Assembly (NCBI RefSeq): GCF_001186125.1
Contig: NW_014040103.1
Span: 1 to 38,726 of the forward strand
DNA length: 38,726 bases
Origin: Sphaeroforma arctica JP610
Taxonomy: Eukaryota
Reading direction: 5' to 3'
Under the pieces are notes generated by a model that did not search any database, was not told the DNA's origin, and saw nothing but the letters and a program-made list of their open reading frames with translations. A program made the translations under genes and the position numbers. Positions 10,101 to 22,901 of the stretch are shown in pieces; position 1 is the stretch's first letter; each line of letters opens with the position of its first letter.

Positions 10101-11843
10101 GCTTCCTTCAGCTGGAAGTTGAACCAGCGCAGAAGAATCTGCTCAGCAGGCAGCGCCATGAGATCCTGCAGTGTCTCGTCCCCCTCTACTAGACGTACTA
10201 GGCCCGGGCACATGTTGAGGTTGACCTATACAGCGCATGTGGATGTGTTGGATTGGCGTGAGTGCGCGTAGTATGCATGGAGTCGATAAGGACGGTTGCA
10301 AAGGCATTTGAGTTTGGGCTTGAGCCGCGCGTGGGGTATGTGTGTTCGAATTTTGCCACGATGGATAGATAGCAATGGAGGTGTGCGGCTCATGAAAAAA
10401 GTCAAATCTGCAAAGGAGACTGACAGGCCTCGCTCAGCGTATAAATACACAGCTTGCAGAGTGCAGAAAGCAAAGTCAAGACTGGACTATTCTGACATTC
10501 CAGCCCAGCCAGACACTAGAAGTAAACGATGCTAGTGTGGTCTGGTATCTAAAGTTCGTCATCCGTTGTCTCGATGGAATATGTAAACGCACCTGCTGTT
10601 AGTGTAAAACAGATATTCAGTGTATAACGATTTTTTGAAATCAAAACAGGTACCTTCGTAAGAAGACCAATGCGGATAATTTGCCAGATGATACCCAGAC
10701 ACAGATGCGGAACTCCGTCAATTAGATCTTGAGCTCCCACATTCACCACATTGCAACCAATGGCCTTGGAGGAGTTGATGGACAGTGTTTGATTCTCGTG
10801 GATTTTGTAGATAGATATGTTTGTGCCCATGTTCAGCGCGCGCTCGTCAATTGTGTTGGGTACGGCTGTGTTAATCAGCTTGCTGGAAGAGGGGGGCGAG
10901 GGGGGGGGAGGTAGGAGTTTTAATACACACCAGCGTTGTATATATACATGCACCGTTTCTGATACCCTTAGGCGTCGGAGAGAGAGTTTATTGCTCAGAA
11001 CGGGGCAAGCGATATCCTCGACTAGTTCGCTAAATCAATACTCGTGTGTGTGTCATATTGTGATGTTCAGCGTCACAGTACTATATAGACGACTGGGCAA
11101 CGTAGAGAATAACCCATTGGCTTGACAACAATCAAATCTTTCACAAATAGTAATTGGATCGACAGACTAGACCCTCATAGTAAGCGAATGCGAGCACTGA
11201 CCTCATTAAGACACCATCGTGGCATGCGGTGTAGAGACTATCGCCATCCTGACTCACGGGAACAACACCGCTCTTCTTGAGGTCCTCATCCTCACCTAGA
11301 CTGTAGTTGATCCAGTCAACGAACGCAACCTGTGGATGTGGCCGCCAACCAGTGAAAAACGAATATTTGACAGAAAAGTGTTAGAAACGAGATAGTCGAG
11401 CCCAAGTAGAGTCATGGCAGCGATGCAATTGACAGCCAGGTCATGAGCTGGGGACAATTCGTTCGCAAGTCCTCCGCAGAGCGTACTAGAATTGAATAGT
11501 AACTCCAAATGATTTCCGGAATTGTGTCGCAACACCAAAGGAACCCGATAGTACTAATTTTGCATAGCGAATTGTGACTAGCGAATACCTTTATCCTAAC
11601 TTTTTTATTCATACAGGAAGTGACATACCTTTTCGTCTTCAGTGGCTGAGTGCGTGGTTCCGGAAGCGGACGCCTTTGTGGTTCCGCCGAACTGTTCAAC
11701 GCCATCGACTGTTTTGATAGCCTTCTTGAATCCGGTTTCCTTCTTTAGCTTGATCGCTTGGAAAAGCTAAGAAAATTAAGATTTTGTGTGCGTATTTAGA
11801 TAGTGGTGCACGAGGAACTTTGATACGACACGCAGAAAGTACT

Positions 11844-11901
<58 letters not shown>

Positions 11902-11928
11902 TATACATATACATACATATATATATAT

Positions 11929-11986
<58 letters not shown>

Positions 11987-12178
11987 NNNNNNNNNNNNNN
12001 NNNNNNNNNNNNNNNNNNNNNNNNNNNNNNNNNNNNNNNNNNNNNNNNNNNNNNNNNNNNNNNNNNNNNNNNNNNNNNNNNNNNNNNNNNNNNNNNNNNN
12101 NNNNNNNNNNNNNNNNNNNNNNNNNNNNNNNNNNNNNNNNNNNNNNNNNNNNNNNNNNNNNNNNNATATGTATATATA

Positions 12179-12209
<31 letters not shown>

Positions 12210-12495
12210 GTGTGCGTGTCTATGTTTGTGTGTGTGTGTTTGTGTGTGTGTGTGTTTGTCTGTACTCTTTGACACTTGATGCACCCTTTTACATTGTCAA
12301 TATAGAGTTCACTCATATAGTAAGGGACAGACATGACTGTTTCCCTAGCTACTTGTCATATAGATTGAAACTACTACTTGTCATATAGATTGAAACTACT
12401 ACTTGTCACAAAAATATAACTATCACTGACCATGATATGTAGCACTTACCGAAGACGGTCTTTATTTCCGAGATCTCTTCATTTGACAGAGTCAT
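7112..12495 (-). CDS. Fimbrin/plastin (EF-hand headpiece plus four calponin-homology domains), multi-exon
   Basis: Exons (-): 12495-12450, [missing exon, probably in N gap], 11766-11629, 11329-11202, 10882-10654, 10225-9983, 9619-9479, 9047-8735, 8329-8138, 7722-7583, 7261-7112. Motifs: [111 protein letters not shown]. Confidence 0.95.
7781..8003. repeat. Intronic compound minisatellite
   Basis: ~21-bp units CAAT(T/G)GAGTCCTA(A/C)ATAAGTG interleaved with GACATAAGTGTAAACTGGACA, repeated about three times. Confidence 0.85.
11848..12256. repeat. (TA)n and (TG)n microsatellites flanking a 179-N assembly gap (11987-12165)
   Basis: Directly visible in the sequence. Confidence 0.95.
12349..12408. 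repeat. 25-bp tandem repeat, ~2.4 copies
   Basis: CTACTTGTCATATAGATTGAAACTA is repeated in the first fimbrin intron. Confidence 0.9.
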
Positions 12496-13711
12496 CTTTG
12501 CGTTCTTACTTGTTCTATGATGATTGACAGCATAGGGAGCACGTAGAATAAGGACCGTTCGAGGTGAACATAACGGGATATATATTAGTGAGGTTTAGAA
12601 TTCAGCGGCATATTTGATTTATACACCCAACTGTTGCATTTATAAAGCACTGACGACTACAGTATCTGGCACTAACCATCCAGTATAGAATAAAAGCAAT
12701 GTCTTGACAAGCTTGTGAATAGATTAAAGGATAGGAAGGTGATCTATTGCGACCGAACAGTAAAGTAGCGACACAAGGTATGATGCGGACATCAGTAAAA
12801 GGAACAGCTCAGATATTTAGGCTCGATGAAATCATGAAAAATAACTTGATTACAACTTCAAACTACTATCTAATAGCTTATTTCGAAGCGCTTCTCTACA
12901 CACAGTGGAACAGAAGAAAAACATACAGCATGATGATTTGTATACGAAACAGGCGGGTCTTCTACTTTGTTATTGATATATGCTGGGCATAGATATACTG
13001 CGCAGATGTCTCGTGATGCAGTTAGTGATGCAGCCAACTAATCCACACACACGGCTTAATATAAAACTACCCTTCTGGTAGCAAAGACACTTTTATATAC
13101 CACTCCCCATACCTGACTGTCTACTTCAGTTTTCTCAGGAAGAATACGACTATCTCTGTAGATTTTAAACTATTTACTCTAACAAGTCTAATCTAAATAC
13201 AATACAGATTCTTTGTGCGAAGCTTCTGTCCCCAGCAGTTGAACCTAACACAGGTGAACAATACAGTATCCGCCGCACTCGTTCTCGCCCACTTGTAAAG
13301 ACAGTTGCACCACGCACCACCGTTTACTGTTTACTATTTCCAAGAGAGAAGACCAAAAAGGTTTGGATTTTGGAACGGGTATAAAAAAAAATACACATAT
13401 ATTTGCTCGTTTTACTCTCAAATCGTCGAAAATTGGCACCTTTTAGTATGTAAATATACAGACTGTAGAGTGTAGACTGTACAGTGTATTTAGTAGGATT
13501 TTGCTTACTCTGACAGTTTGACTGCTGTCTCGTATCAACTTTATCTATTCTAAAATAAATATATGTAGACAATCCCGTTCCCCATGCGATCATACGAAAC
13601 TCAGTTGAGATGCAGGCGAGCCTCAATTGTGTTTCGATGGTAGCAACCTCGAATGCTTAATCTCTTTATTGGTCTACCTATTAGTACTATGCATGGTCGA
13701 AAAGCAGCACC

Positions 13712-16700
13712 TTACGCAACAACGGTTACAGTGGAATCCTGTAAATAGGGGTTGATGGTGCCATCGTAGAGCCCAAAAATTCCTCCCGTGTGTAAAAACA
13801 AGACATTTTGGCCCTTGAATCGTTGGGGATTGGCGTGCAATTCGCTGATCATCCCTCTCACTCCCTTTGCAGTGTATACTGGGTCTAGTAGAATCGCGGT
13901 GGACCTATTGGAGGGGTTTTAATTAATATGTTATTAGCGTTGAAGAATGCACAGAAATGTGGAAGTATACGGCTTCGCAGTGTGTCTTCAATTGTTATAG
14001 TATGTTGTTATTTTATGTTGGGCATGAGCGCATACATCTTAGGTCCAATTAAGTGCGCTCCTGCAGTATTTACCAGCATTGGTGCTTGCGATAGGCTTGT
14101 ACTTGGAAGCTTTTTGTCAAATACAAATGCAACGCCTCAGTCCACACACCTTGCAACGTCCCTAATCAACATGAATTCCTCCGGCTGGCTCAACCCATAT
14201 CCCTTGCCTTTGTATCCATCGATTATATCAATGATATCCTGGTTTATTCGTGGTGTGCGTATGAAATTTAGTTAGTTCCAATCTGCAAGGTGGAAAGCCG
14301 CTGCGTGCAGACGTCATATTTGAATATATCACACCGGTGAGTCCACGGAAACCGTACGCATCTTATCCGTAATATCAAAATGCCCGTCTGTACAGATATG
14401 CTTGTATGTACTCTCAGAATGTGTAGATAAAATAAATTTGCCGTTTTCCGCGGACTAAAATGGCTGAGTATGCGCCCTCACCAGTGTGCTAGTGTGCTAG
14501 TACCCTTGAATAAGCATGCCTCCCGTTTGTGCGTCCATCTGTGAGTACGAATGATATCGTATGTATACCTCACACAATTAGAGGTGGCAGCAGCGCTCTT
14601 AATGTAAGAATATGTTTCTGTTTTCCTCTATACCGCTACCAAGAGTAGCTAACTTTGCACGGTACCTGTGACCTCAGGCTGTCCTTCTTCCCCCCCAAGC
14701 CTAACTCCCTGAGTGTTTCGTTGATGTGCCGGTGGAAGTAATCCGCGTTGTCACACACACAAACTGCATCAATAAAACATCGAATGCATGGTCTAAGTTT
14801 GCTTATTTGATCGAAAAATCGACTTCTTGACTAGTCTCGTATATAAGCGCAGGGATATTACCTGCGAGTATCGTCAGTGAACTCCCACTCAGCCCTGCAC
14901 AATTGCGGGATGCTATATGCAAAAGCGTACTCTTGTGTGCTCCAAAGTGGCAAGCTGTAGTGTGAAATAGAAAATGGGAGTGCGAATGTGTATCAAAATA
15001 GGACACCTTACCTGCGTGTATTTTCAGGGGACTCCCACACAAATAGTTTGATATCGCAAGGCCGGCTGCCGTTCCTCCGCTCCCAGTTGTTACAACTATA
15101 TCTGTGTAGTCTTTGTCCACACCCTAATGGTCCGTGAATGATAGATAGTCGCAAGCGCCCAGTTTCAAGTTTCCAGGTTGGCAATAAAATGTGCAAGTAG
15201 TACTTATCTAATAGTTGACATTGGCCATGCAATGTGCAAGTAGTCTTTATCATCAAACAGTTGAGTTTGGCCATAATTCATGTCGTCTTTGTCTACGAGC
15301 TACTATTCAGTGGATGGGTGTGATCACAAGTTTCCAGACGACTGTAAAGTAAATGTATATTCGTACTACACGTCCTTTGAACTACGGAATGAGGAGTATA
15401 ATTATAGAACAAGGCCAAGACCATGTCCGAGTAGGCGTTGTACCCGTCTTGGTGAATAGTAGCAACTCACGAGCAAATACTCCCAATCTCTTAATCCTCG
15501 TGGGGTGATTCGGGCTTGCCACTCGGCATAAGCAGCAGCTAAGTACTTGTGAGTGTGTCCAATTGTCTCTGTCAGGTGTAACCACGCCTGTGTGGCCCTG
15601 TCGTGCTCCACGATGACCTCTGTCAGTATATACAAATCTATTGCACGTCTCTGGCACGATATTCATGATCAATCATTCTCATTGCTAAGCACATGGAAAT
15701 AACTACTCGTGCGCGTTTGCATATCAACAATAGTCTAGGAAGCGAGCGAGCGAGACTGAAGAGTCCTCCATGAATAGCAGGGTTTGAATAACGTTTAGAC
15801 CATATCCAGCTCCTTGCTCGTATGCACATACTTTCACGTGAGTGTTCCACTACGGCTAACAACAGCCACCCTGAGAACGAGTAAGGGTAGAAATTTGGCC
15901 ACCAAAATCACTATAACAATTGGACACATGGATTATTGAGCCGCTGCGACATTATAAGCGAAATAATGGAGCTGCCCGCATCAGACAGGAACGTTCGCGG
16001 TCCAAAAGTAGAAGACATGTGCATATGAAATGATATCATTCAGGCTCGCCACATACAAGTAGACTGAAAGCGGTGATTCATTATACATACCGCAGACCAA
16101 TGATAGAATCAGTCTAACTCACCTGCTGAAGTAATTCTCGGAAACATTCCACGTAGCCCCACCATCCAACAATGTCAGATCCACCTACTGGAATCAGAAA
16201 GCTTTTCCTGCCCTGTACCGCCTCTGAGTCTTGGAAAGCCTATATTGCATAGTGAATACTTTCTGAGAATTGCTATATTTAGAACACGTACATTTCTGAA
16301 TGCGTTGCAGTATTTGTAATAGCATCTTCCTAATTCACTGATGGCGCAAATACCCCAAACGGAATTAAAACAGATGAGATCAAAGGTCACATCAGAGTCA
16401 CATAGTCCGCCTAATGTCTGCAGATTTAAGTACAACATTTAAGACTCTCCAGGAGCTGACTCTCATTATAAAAATGGTTCATTTTGTATTTTAAGCAGGT
16501 GTGAGATAGCGCGTTGAATACCCTGTAACCCTTTATTCAATACAAGCCGCTTTCGTTCCGCTTCAGATCCCAAATTATTTTTCCTTTAATCTCACGATAG
16601 TTCCACTCCACACTTCAGATTCACCACATACCTTCATTGGCGGCAGTAACCCGGTTTTGTACGGCACTCTACCGAGCAAATGAAATGTGGAGCCCATAAG

Positions 16701-18421
16701 CTTGTCCAACAGAACATTTCCTGGATGAATATACACAGCAAAAGTGCATACCTTTAAAGTGTCTCAGCGCAATTAAAAATATCAACAGGGCAATCTCACT
16801 TGCATGAAAGCTATGAAAAGGCTAGTTGACTGTATGAAACACCATCAGTTTGTGCAATTTTGTTACCGTAGTCCGTCTGGGTTTTCACTGTGTACGTACA
16901 TGCCACAGTCAAAGAGCCAGAGAAGTCCGCTGTGCCCCCGTACATACTACATTCAAAGATATGAAAAAGAAAATCAAACCAGAAAGACTTACCTTGATGA
17001 CCGATATTGGTATTCGAGGGGTCGTTGGATCTTAGAAATAAATGTGAGTCCAATCCCTGAGAACGCGCGGCTAGCGCTGGAAAGAGAAGTGACGAAACAA
17101 ACACGGATGTGGTCGATTTGTGTACCTTCAATTTGACATCATGAGTCGTCGAATTTATTTGAGACCTCGTGAATGAATCCTAGATATAAAACAGAAATCA
17201 TATCTGCACGCACATTTCAATTTATGACAGTAACCTGTAAAATTTGCACCCATGAGTGCATCCAAATTTGTGCTTCTATGCATTGACATGGACTGTTGCC
17301 AAATCCGTGTGATGTTGTTTTATGTTTTGTTGAATTTACGACGCCGATATAAAATTGCACCCATATGTAATCGTTCACGTGAGTGTAATCTTCGGTTTGA
17401 CACATCATTCGAATAGACAGGGATATACAGGGATTCACAATTATCTTTGACAGTCAGAAATATATAGATGTGATTTCGGATTCTTTAGATGCGTGGATGA
17501 ATCAAAACAGTAATACTACTATGCACGGCACGTTGTACAACGCTGAAACAGCCAGCACATAATTGGAGTACAGTATATAACTGATATATAACTCACCGGT
17601 CGCACGCGCGTGATTGCTTTGAACGGCCCCACAAGTGATTACGCTATCACAGCCCTGTAGTAGAGCAGCAGCAATTAGGAATTCTAACTTCCGAACCTGT
17701 TTGAAATAAGGAACGACAGAGAAAGCTTTTTTTTATTCCACACAAAATATCTTGCGGTTGTGCTGTGAAACGCACTTTCCCTGGCTGAGTATATGCGTGT
17801 ATAAACTTGACGCGTTTTACCAAGTAGAGAGACTCGTTCCACTCCGAATTTTTTCCTCGTATCGAAGATCACTACAATGGTTTAGCTAAAGTGAGTACAA
17901 CATTCCGCCAGTTCGCTGATTGCTGAAGTTAACCGAATTCTGTGTAAGTGCCCAACTAACCACACGCGTATGTAATTGATATAGCTTTTCATTCACCGTC
18001 GTCAATCTAAAACATACAGCTCAAGCCATGTTCGCATCCAAAGCAAGTACAGACGCACGACCGCGTCGATTATATTCAATTTTGGCGAGTTTATTCAGGT
18101 TGAGTTGATTCAGACCAACAGACCAAACGGTAAAAAGCGGGTATATTTCAAAGGTTTCAAGATAGGATTTCCTATTACTATCATAGTAGAGCTGTGTAAA
18201 TGAGTATTGCGCACCTTGTTGCCGCCCAACGCTGAACCAGTCAAGTCATCCCGTTTAATGCCCACGTGCACACCCTTGGGCACACCCGGCAGTTGACTCC
18301 AGTCTTCCACAGGTGTGTGTTGCATTGATAATCTTATTCTATGTGTAGGTATGCATCCTTTATCAACACTGTCAGTCCATGAGGGAGGGGTATACTCTAT
18401 CATATTTTTAGTAGCTGGCAT
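13712..18421 (-). CDS. D-cysteine desulfhydrase-like PLP enzyme (ACC deaminase/DCyD family), 9 exons
   Basis: Exons (-): 18421-18215, 17696-17597, 17076-16993, 16720-16632, 16239-16123, 15123-15012, 14763-14666, 14238-14150, 13904-13712. Motifs: [21 protein letters not shown] (PLP lysine), [39 protein letters not shown]. The frame is open upstream to 18643, so the start could be earlier. Confidence 0.93.
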
Positions 18422-19298
18422 GTGGCTTGTATAGCGCCTTGTTGGCCTGCGATGTGGTAAGTCACTCGGCCGGTCTGTGAGTAATATGTTGGATGTGACT
18501 GTACATGCGTGACGGTTATGATTTAGACTACAAGCCTGTTGTTCGAGGAGATGAAGCGAATGACAAGACTGTATGCGTATATGCCTGGCTCCTACGCCTA
18601 CGTATGCACATATCTGTGTATAACAGCCAACATTGCCCAACATACTGATGAACCATCAGTATAAAGCTCCCAAAATTCGACCAGTCCTTGTTTGACCGTA
18701 CCAGAGCTCAAATATTGTTTGAATACACAATTTCAGAGTGTTTTGACTGTTTTAAGCTTTCAGGTCTCTACTCTGAGACCTGAGTCTCTTTTCTTTTCAG
18801 CTGGATTATGGTTTATCGCAAATTTTTGTCGGTCACTCCGTAGCCTACTGAGTAATTGAGAAGGGTATGGTCACTCACTACTCTAAATACATTTTTATTT
18901 TTACTAGTTTGGTAGTGTAGACAGGCGAATCATCGGATTCACCTATTTATGTATAGTATTCGCGCAGATGTGCTCAAGTGTATTCCACGGTTCGTCTTAA
19001 AAAAGGATACCAGGATGGACCCGGAAATTGAAATACAAACAGCTCACGGCTGCCGTATTCACAGAACAAGCTCGACATTTGTTTACGCAGACTCTGATTC
19101 GAATATATGGTGAAGAGAATAAATAACCTTAGTAAGTCTCGCTGTATCTTTGAAAATACATATATATATGTAAGCTGAGTAATACGACAATGCCATAGAC
19201 CATAGTACATAATCAACGCAACACGAAAGTCTTTGAAGTACTTCCAGTCGTTTGTATGTACCTCATCCTCCGATATGGAGACTGATTACTAATTTTAA

Positions 19299-19628
19299 AT
19301 CTACCACGAGACGGTGGGTCATCACTCTTCTTGTGGAACGGGTCCAGTTTCTAATGCATTCCTGCAGAGGCCCGAGTATGAGTGTGTGCAATTGGGCATC
19401 TACTCCTCAGGGAGTGTTCATATTGACACTGGGACGAGTGGTGACGGACTGCCGGTGACTGCCACAATGTCAGACTGCCACACCACTGGTCGCATGTATT
19501 TGTGTAGAGACTGTGGACTACGGAACTGTGAAAACTGGAATTGTGTCTGGGACTCTGGGTTGGTATACCACGCCAATATCTGGACAAATGAAACGACAAG
19601 TCATGCATGTCGTGACAACTATTTCTAG
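19299..19628 (+). other. Cysteine-rich open frame of unknown status (possible exon or pseudogene fragment)
   Basis: About 109 open codons with 8 Cys and protein-like composition. No clear ATG, signal peptide or splice context. Confidence 0.25.
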
Positions 19629-20099
19629 GATATGTTGGTCGACACTGGTGTGCATCAAATATACTAAACGACATGTCATACTTCATACATGTTGCCGCGA
19701 CATTAATTGTTATGATGGGTGACAATTAGGTATATGTTTACGTTGTTGTCGTATACCAACACAGAATAGTCCATTGTGTACATATCTGGCAGATAGGCTC
19801 AGGTTTAAAAACTTGAAAAAAAAATCACGCATGTACTGTGCTCTGTGACTGTCTGTACGCTGCATTATAATTATATGATGTGAGGCTGCGAGCCTGCGAC
19901 AGATCTGTCCAAAATAGGGGTTTAACGTTTAAAATTTAATGCACAAACGTCAAAACTGTACTCTTTCTCTAGAGTAATAGAGAGTAAGTTGTAGAATGTA
20001 GACTGTAGTTTTTAATAGGTAATAAAAATATAACAGTTAGTCGATACTCGTAACTCGATACAGTCATTACAGTGTCTGTTTATTTTTGTAAATACATAA

Positions 20100-20410
20100 A
20101 TACTGAGACTCTTGAGTCTGAAGACTGAGAGACTGTCAAATGTCAACTGTCAAGTGTGGTGTCAGAGGACTCTGGAGTCTGGAGTTTAGTCTGTTTGGAC
20201 TGTAAGTAGCCCCGTATTGATGTTGTGAATGTGGACAACGGTGGACTGTGGACTGTGGCAGTGTGGGTCTGTCTGTGGCCCTGTGGCCTGTGGTGGCCTG
20301 TGGGGTGTGAACTGTGAACTGTGGAGACTGGTGGAGTGTGGAACTGTAGTTTGTGGATCGCGTTGTTTTAATATTTACTATTGAGGCCCACTGAGTCACA
20401 ACTCACAACT
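20100..20410. repeat. Degenerate GACTGT/CTGTGG-type low-complexity tract
   Basis: Contains gactgtg, ggcctgt, gaactgt and gagtctg 6-7-mers in one orientation. Confidence 0.7.
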
Positions 20411-21103
20411 ATGTACAAACGAGATTTTTCTTTCGTTTTGTTTTTACAAAATGGCAAATATGTACAACTTTTGTTTATATACAGTGACTGAGAGGAGTCG
20501 AGAGGACAACTTCCTGCAATTTTACAGGCCTTCCGCCTTTTAATTTTTAGAAACATCTGCTACACTTTTTTTAACCATTAGATCTGCAATGCATAAAAGT
20601 AATACTATTACATTTTGGCCAATCATAATAGTCTTGTTTGATATATTTGCTCTTGTAGAAGAAATTCTGTTAGAAAAAAGTCATTTTTGGCGGGGCACAT
20701 TCGGCCGAAACACAGCATGTATATGTGTATAAATATGTATTTTTAATGTAGGTGGTATGTATGTAACCGGTATATATCATGCTACATGTAATGATGTATG
20801 TAGGATTTTCAAAAAAAAAAAAACCCCCCCCCCGTATATATAAGCCTCGCCTACCACGTATTTTACTTCAGATTTACAAATTAGTACTTATTCACAGTCT
20901 AAAATAAGAAGGTATTTACCACGTAGTCAAGTACATAGCTTCTTAGATATATGAAAAAGACAATATAAAATTCACGAGAAGACCACCAACCTTGTCAACA
21001 TCAAAAACATTTACTACACTCGAGACTATAAGTTATCGTCGTTGCTATATACATCGACCCTCATTGTCACTTTTAATATAAGCAAGGCATTTCCACTATT
21101 ACT

Positions 21104-21538
21104 ATGAAATTGATCAGACTCGCCGTCCTGTCGGTGGTGACCGTGTCCACCATTGCAGCAACGCCGATCCCTAAAATTAGCTCACAAATCAGCTCACGAG
21201 CTGCAGAGATTTGCTCGACCGTGAAATTAACCTCGTACATGGACGTGGATTGCGAGGGAAGTGTGCTCAATCCAGCTGTATCTGTGCCAACCAATGGAGA
21301 TTGCACACTAATATCCTCCAAAACAGCTCCTTCCAAAATATATGCAGTTATCGACGTATACCGTGGTCTCGGCGAGTTGTACTATTTTGCTGATGATAAG
21401 TGCAAAACCTCCACGGGCTACGGCGAGGGCATTATCTTTGGCGAGAAGGAAGAGATGGTATTAGATGAGGACACCAAACCTTACTGCTTGAGTGATCCGG
21501 ACACGAGTTTCTCGATGCAATTTGAACCATGCGCTTAA
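21104..21538 (+). CDS. Small secreted cysteine-containing protein, intronless, unknown function (144 aa)
   Basis: ATG in good context (ACTATG), signal peptide MKLIRLAVLSVVTVSTIAA|TP, six cysteines, coding-like composition and a TAA stop. Confidence 0.8.
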   Translation: MKLIRLAVLSVVTVSTIAATPIPKISSQISSRAAEICSTVKLTSYMDVDCEGSVLNPAVSVPTNGDCTLISSKTAPSKIYAVIDVYRGLGELYYFADDKCKTSTGYGEGIIFGEKEEMVLDEDTKPYCLSDPDTSFSMQFEPCA

Positions 21539-22901
21539 GTCTAAATGGCAATATAACTGTGCCAACAAACGGTTGTTTACCAAAGAATACACAGGCTAAG
21601 TGTTATCCCACCGAAAACCTCATCCAACCTGGCATTGAAGTTGGTGACAGAACGACTTGACTGACTCTTCGGCATCGGTTTGACACCGCCTGATACATGA
21701 CGAGAGAAAATCTTTCAAAGTGTAAAATGAATTCCGCGATTGTGTGGAGTGGATATGCTGCTGTTGCAGTTAAATGACGATAGGTCTTAAGGACTCAATG
21801 AGAATTACTGCCGTCAAATGACATCGGATTCGTAATTCCGTTGTATTGCATACTAGAGCAGTTTAATAGGTTTTGGCACAACAATCCCTGACCATACGAA
21901 CTGTTGGTGCGAACTACTGCTTAACTTCCGCAGTTCTTGCACACATTGCAGAAATAAATGTGGAAATACATACCCGAAAATGCGACGAGCTAATAAATTG
22001 ATTTACTGCTGCAGTTTATAATGCAGATTTGCAATTGCTATCGCACTCGTACTTTGCGTCCTTTTATCAATCGTTGTACCGCAGATATTATCACTACCTA
22101 ACGACCACCAAGCACGTGGTTCAAGATTCATGTTATGTCAATAATGGGCTTCATTGTTAAAAAAATCTGGCATATATAAATCTGAGAAATCCAACTAGAA
22201 CAAAGGCTGGGTGACAGAAGCATCGAAAACCAAAGTTGAAACGGGAACTGGATCCCCAAGTAGATGTAAAAGTACACAACTTTATTTTACCACCATCTCC
22301 CAACGGCCTTTAGGTTGCCGTATGCTTTACAGGAGACGTTGCGTGTGACAACTATTCACCTGATTCAACGATCCAATCATCGCTCAATACTGCAAGGTGA
22401 TATTCATCACTGCAACTCTAGCACTTGCCGCGTGTCCATGACGGACTAACGCGTGCTACTAGTTATACTAACACTATTCAACTATCAATTGACCACTTTA
22501 AATTAAAGTGTCTCGGTGTCACACGAGTGGTCTTACAAGCTTGCTTCCAACATATTACTAAACATATGTCGATATTCCCGCTAATTGTACGTGTTGTGTA
22601 TCGATCCCAAATCCAATACAAAATAAATACTTAAAACGAGCGTCCGCTCCCTGGAGGCGCCGGTACGTAACTTCTCACAAAGTTAATCATGAAACGTTAC
22701 GTTCAGCACCAAGGGGGGGGGGGGCTCTCTGCAATCCTTATACAAATAATTATTCATCATGACACACAGGGGTGCAGCTAAGCTTATGCAAAACACTCGC
22801 CTTCGCTCTATCCTTGTTGTCTGATGTGTGTTGGTGCACCGATACTCCGCGCGTGAAACCGGCGGAGTTTTCGAGAACAAACAATTCGTATGTCCTGATT
22901 C

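Noticed and set aside
11696..12388. ORFs rich in YI/HT/CV dipeptides
   Set aside because: These are translations of (TA)n/(TG)n microsatellites and the N gap.
14666..14700. Apparent frameshift at the G7 run in a desulfhydrase exon
   Set aside because: A recount gives [13 protein letters not shown] in frame to a phase-0 donor that matches the next exon.
16515..16555. Short intronic hairpin (TTGAATA...TATTCAA) as a possible ncRNA
   Set aside because: The stem is short and has no recognisable snoRNA or tRNA boxes.
20136..20399. 87-aa Thr/Gln/Pro-rich ORF (also 34852-35070)
   Set aside because: Product of the low-complexity GACTGT tracts.
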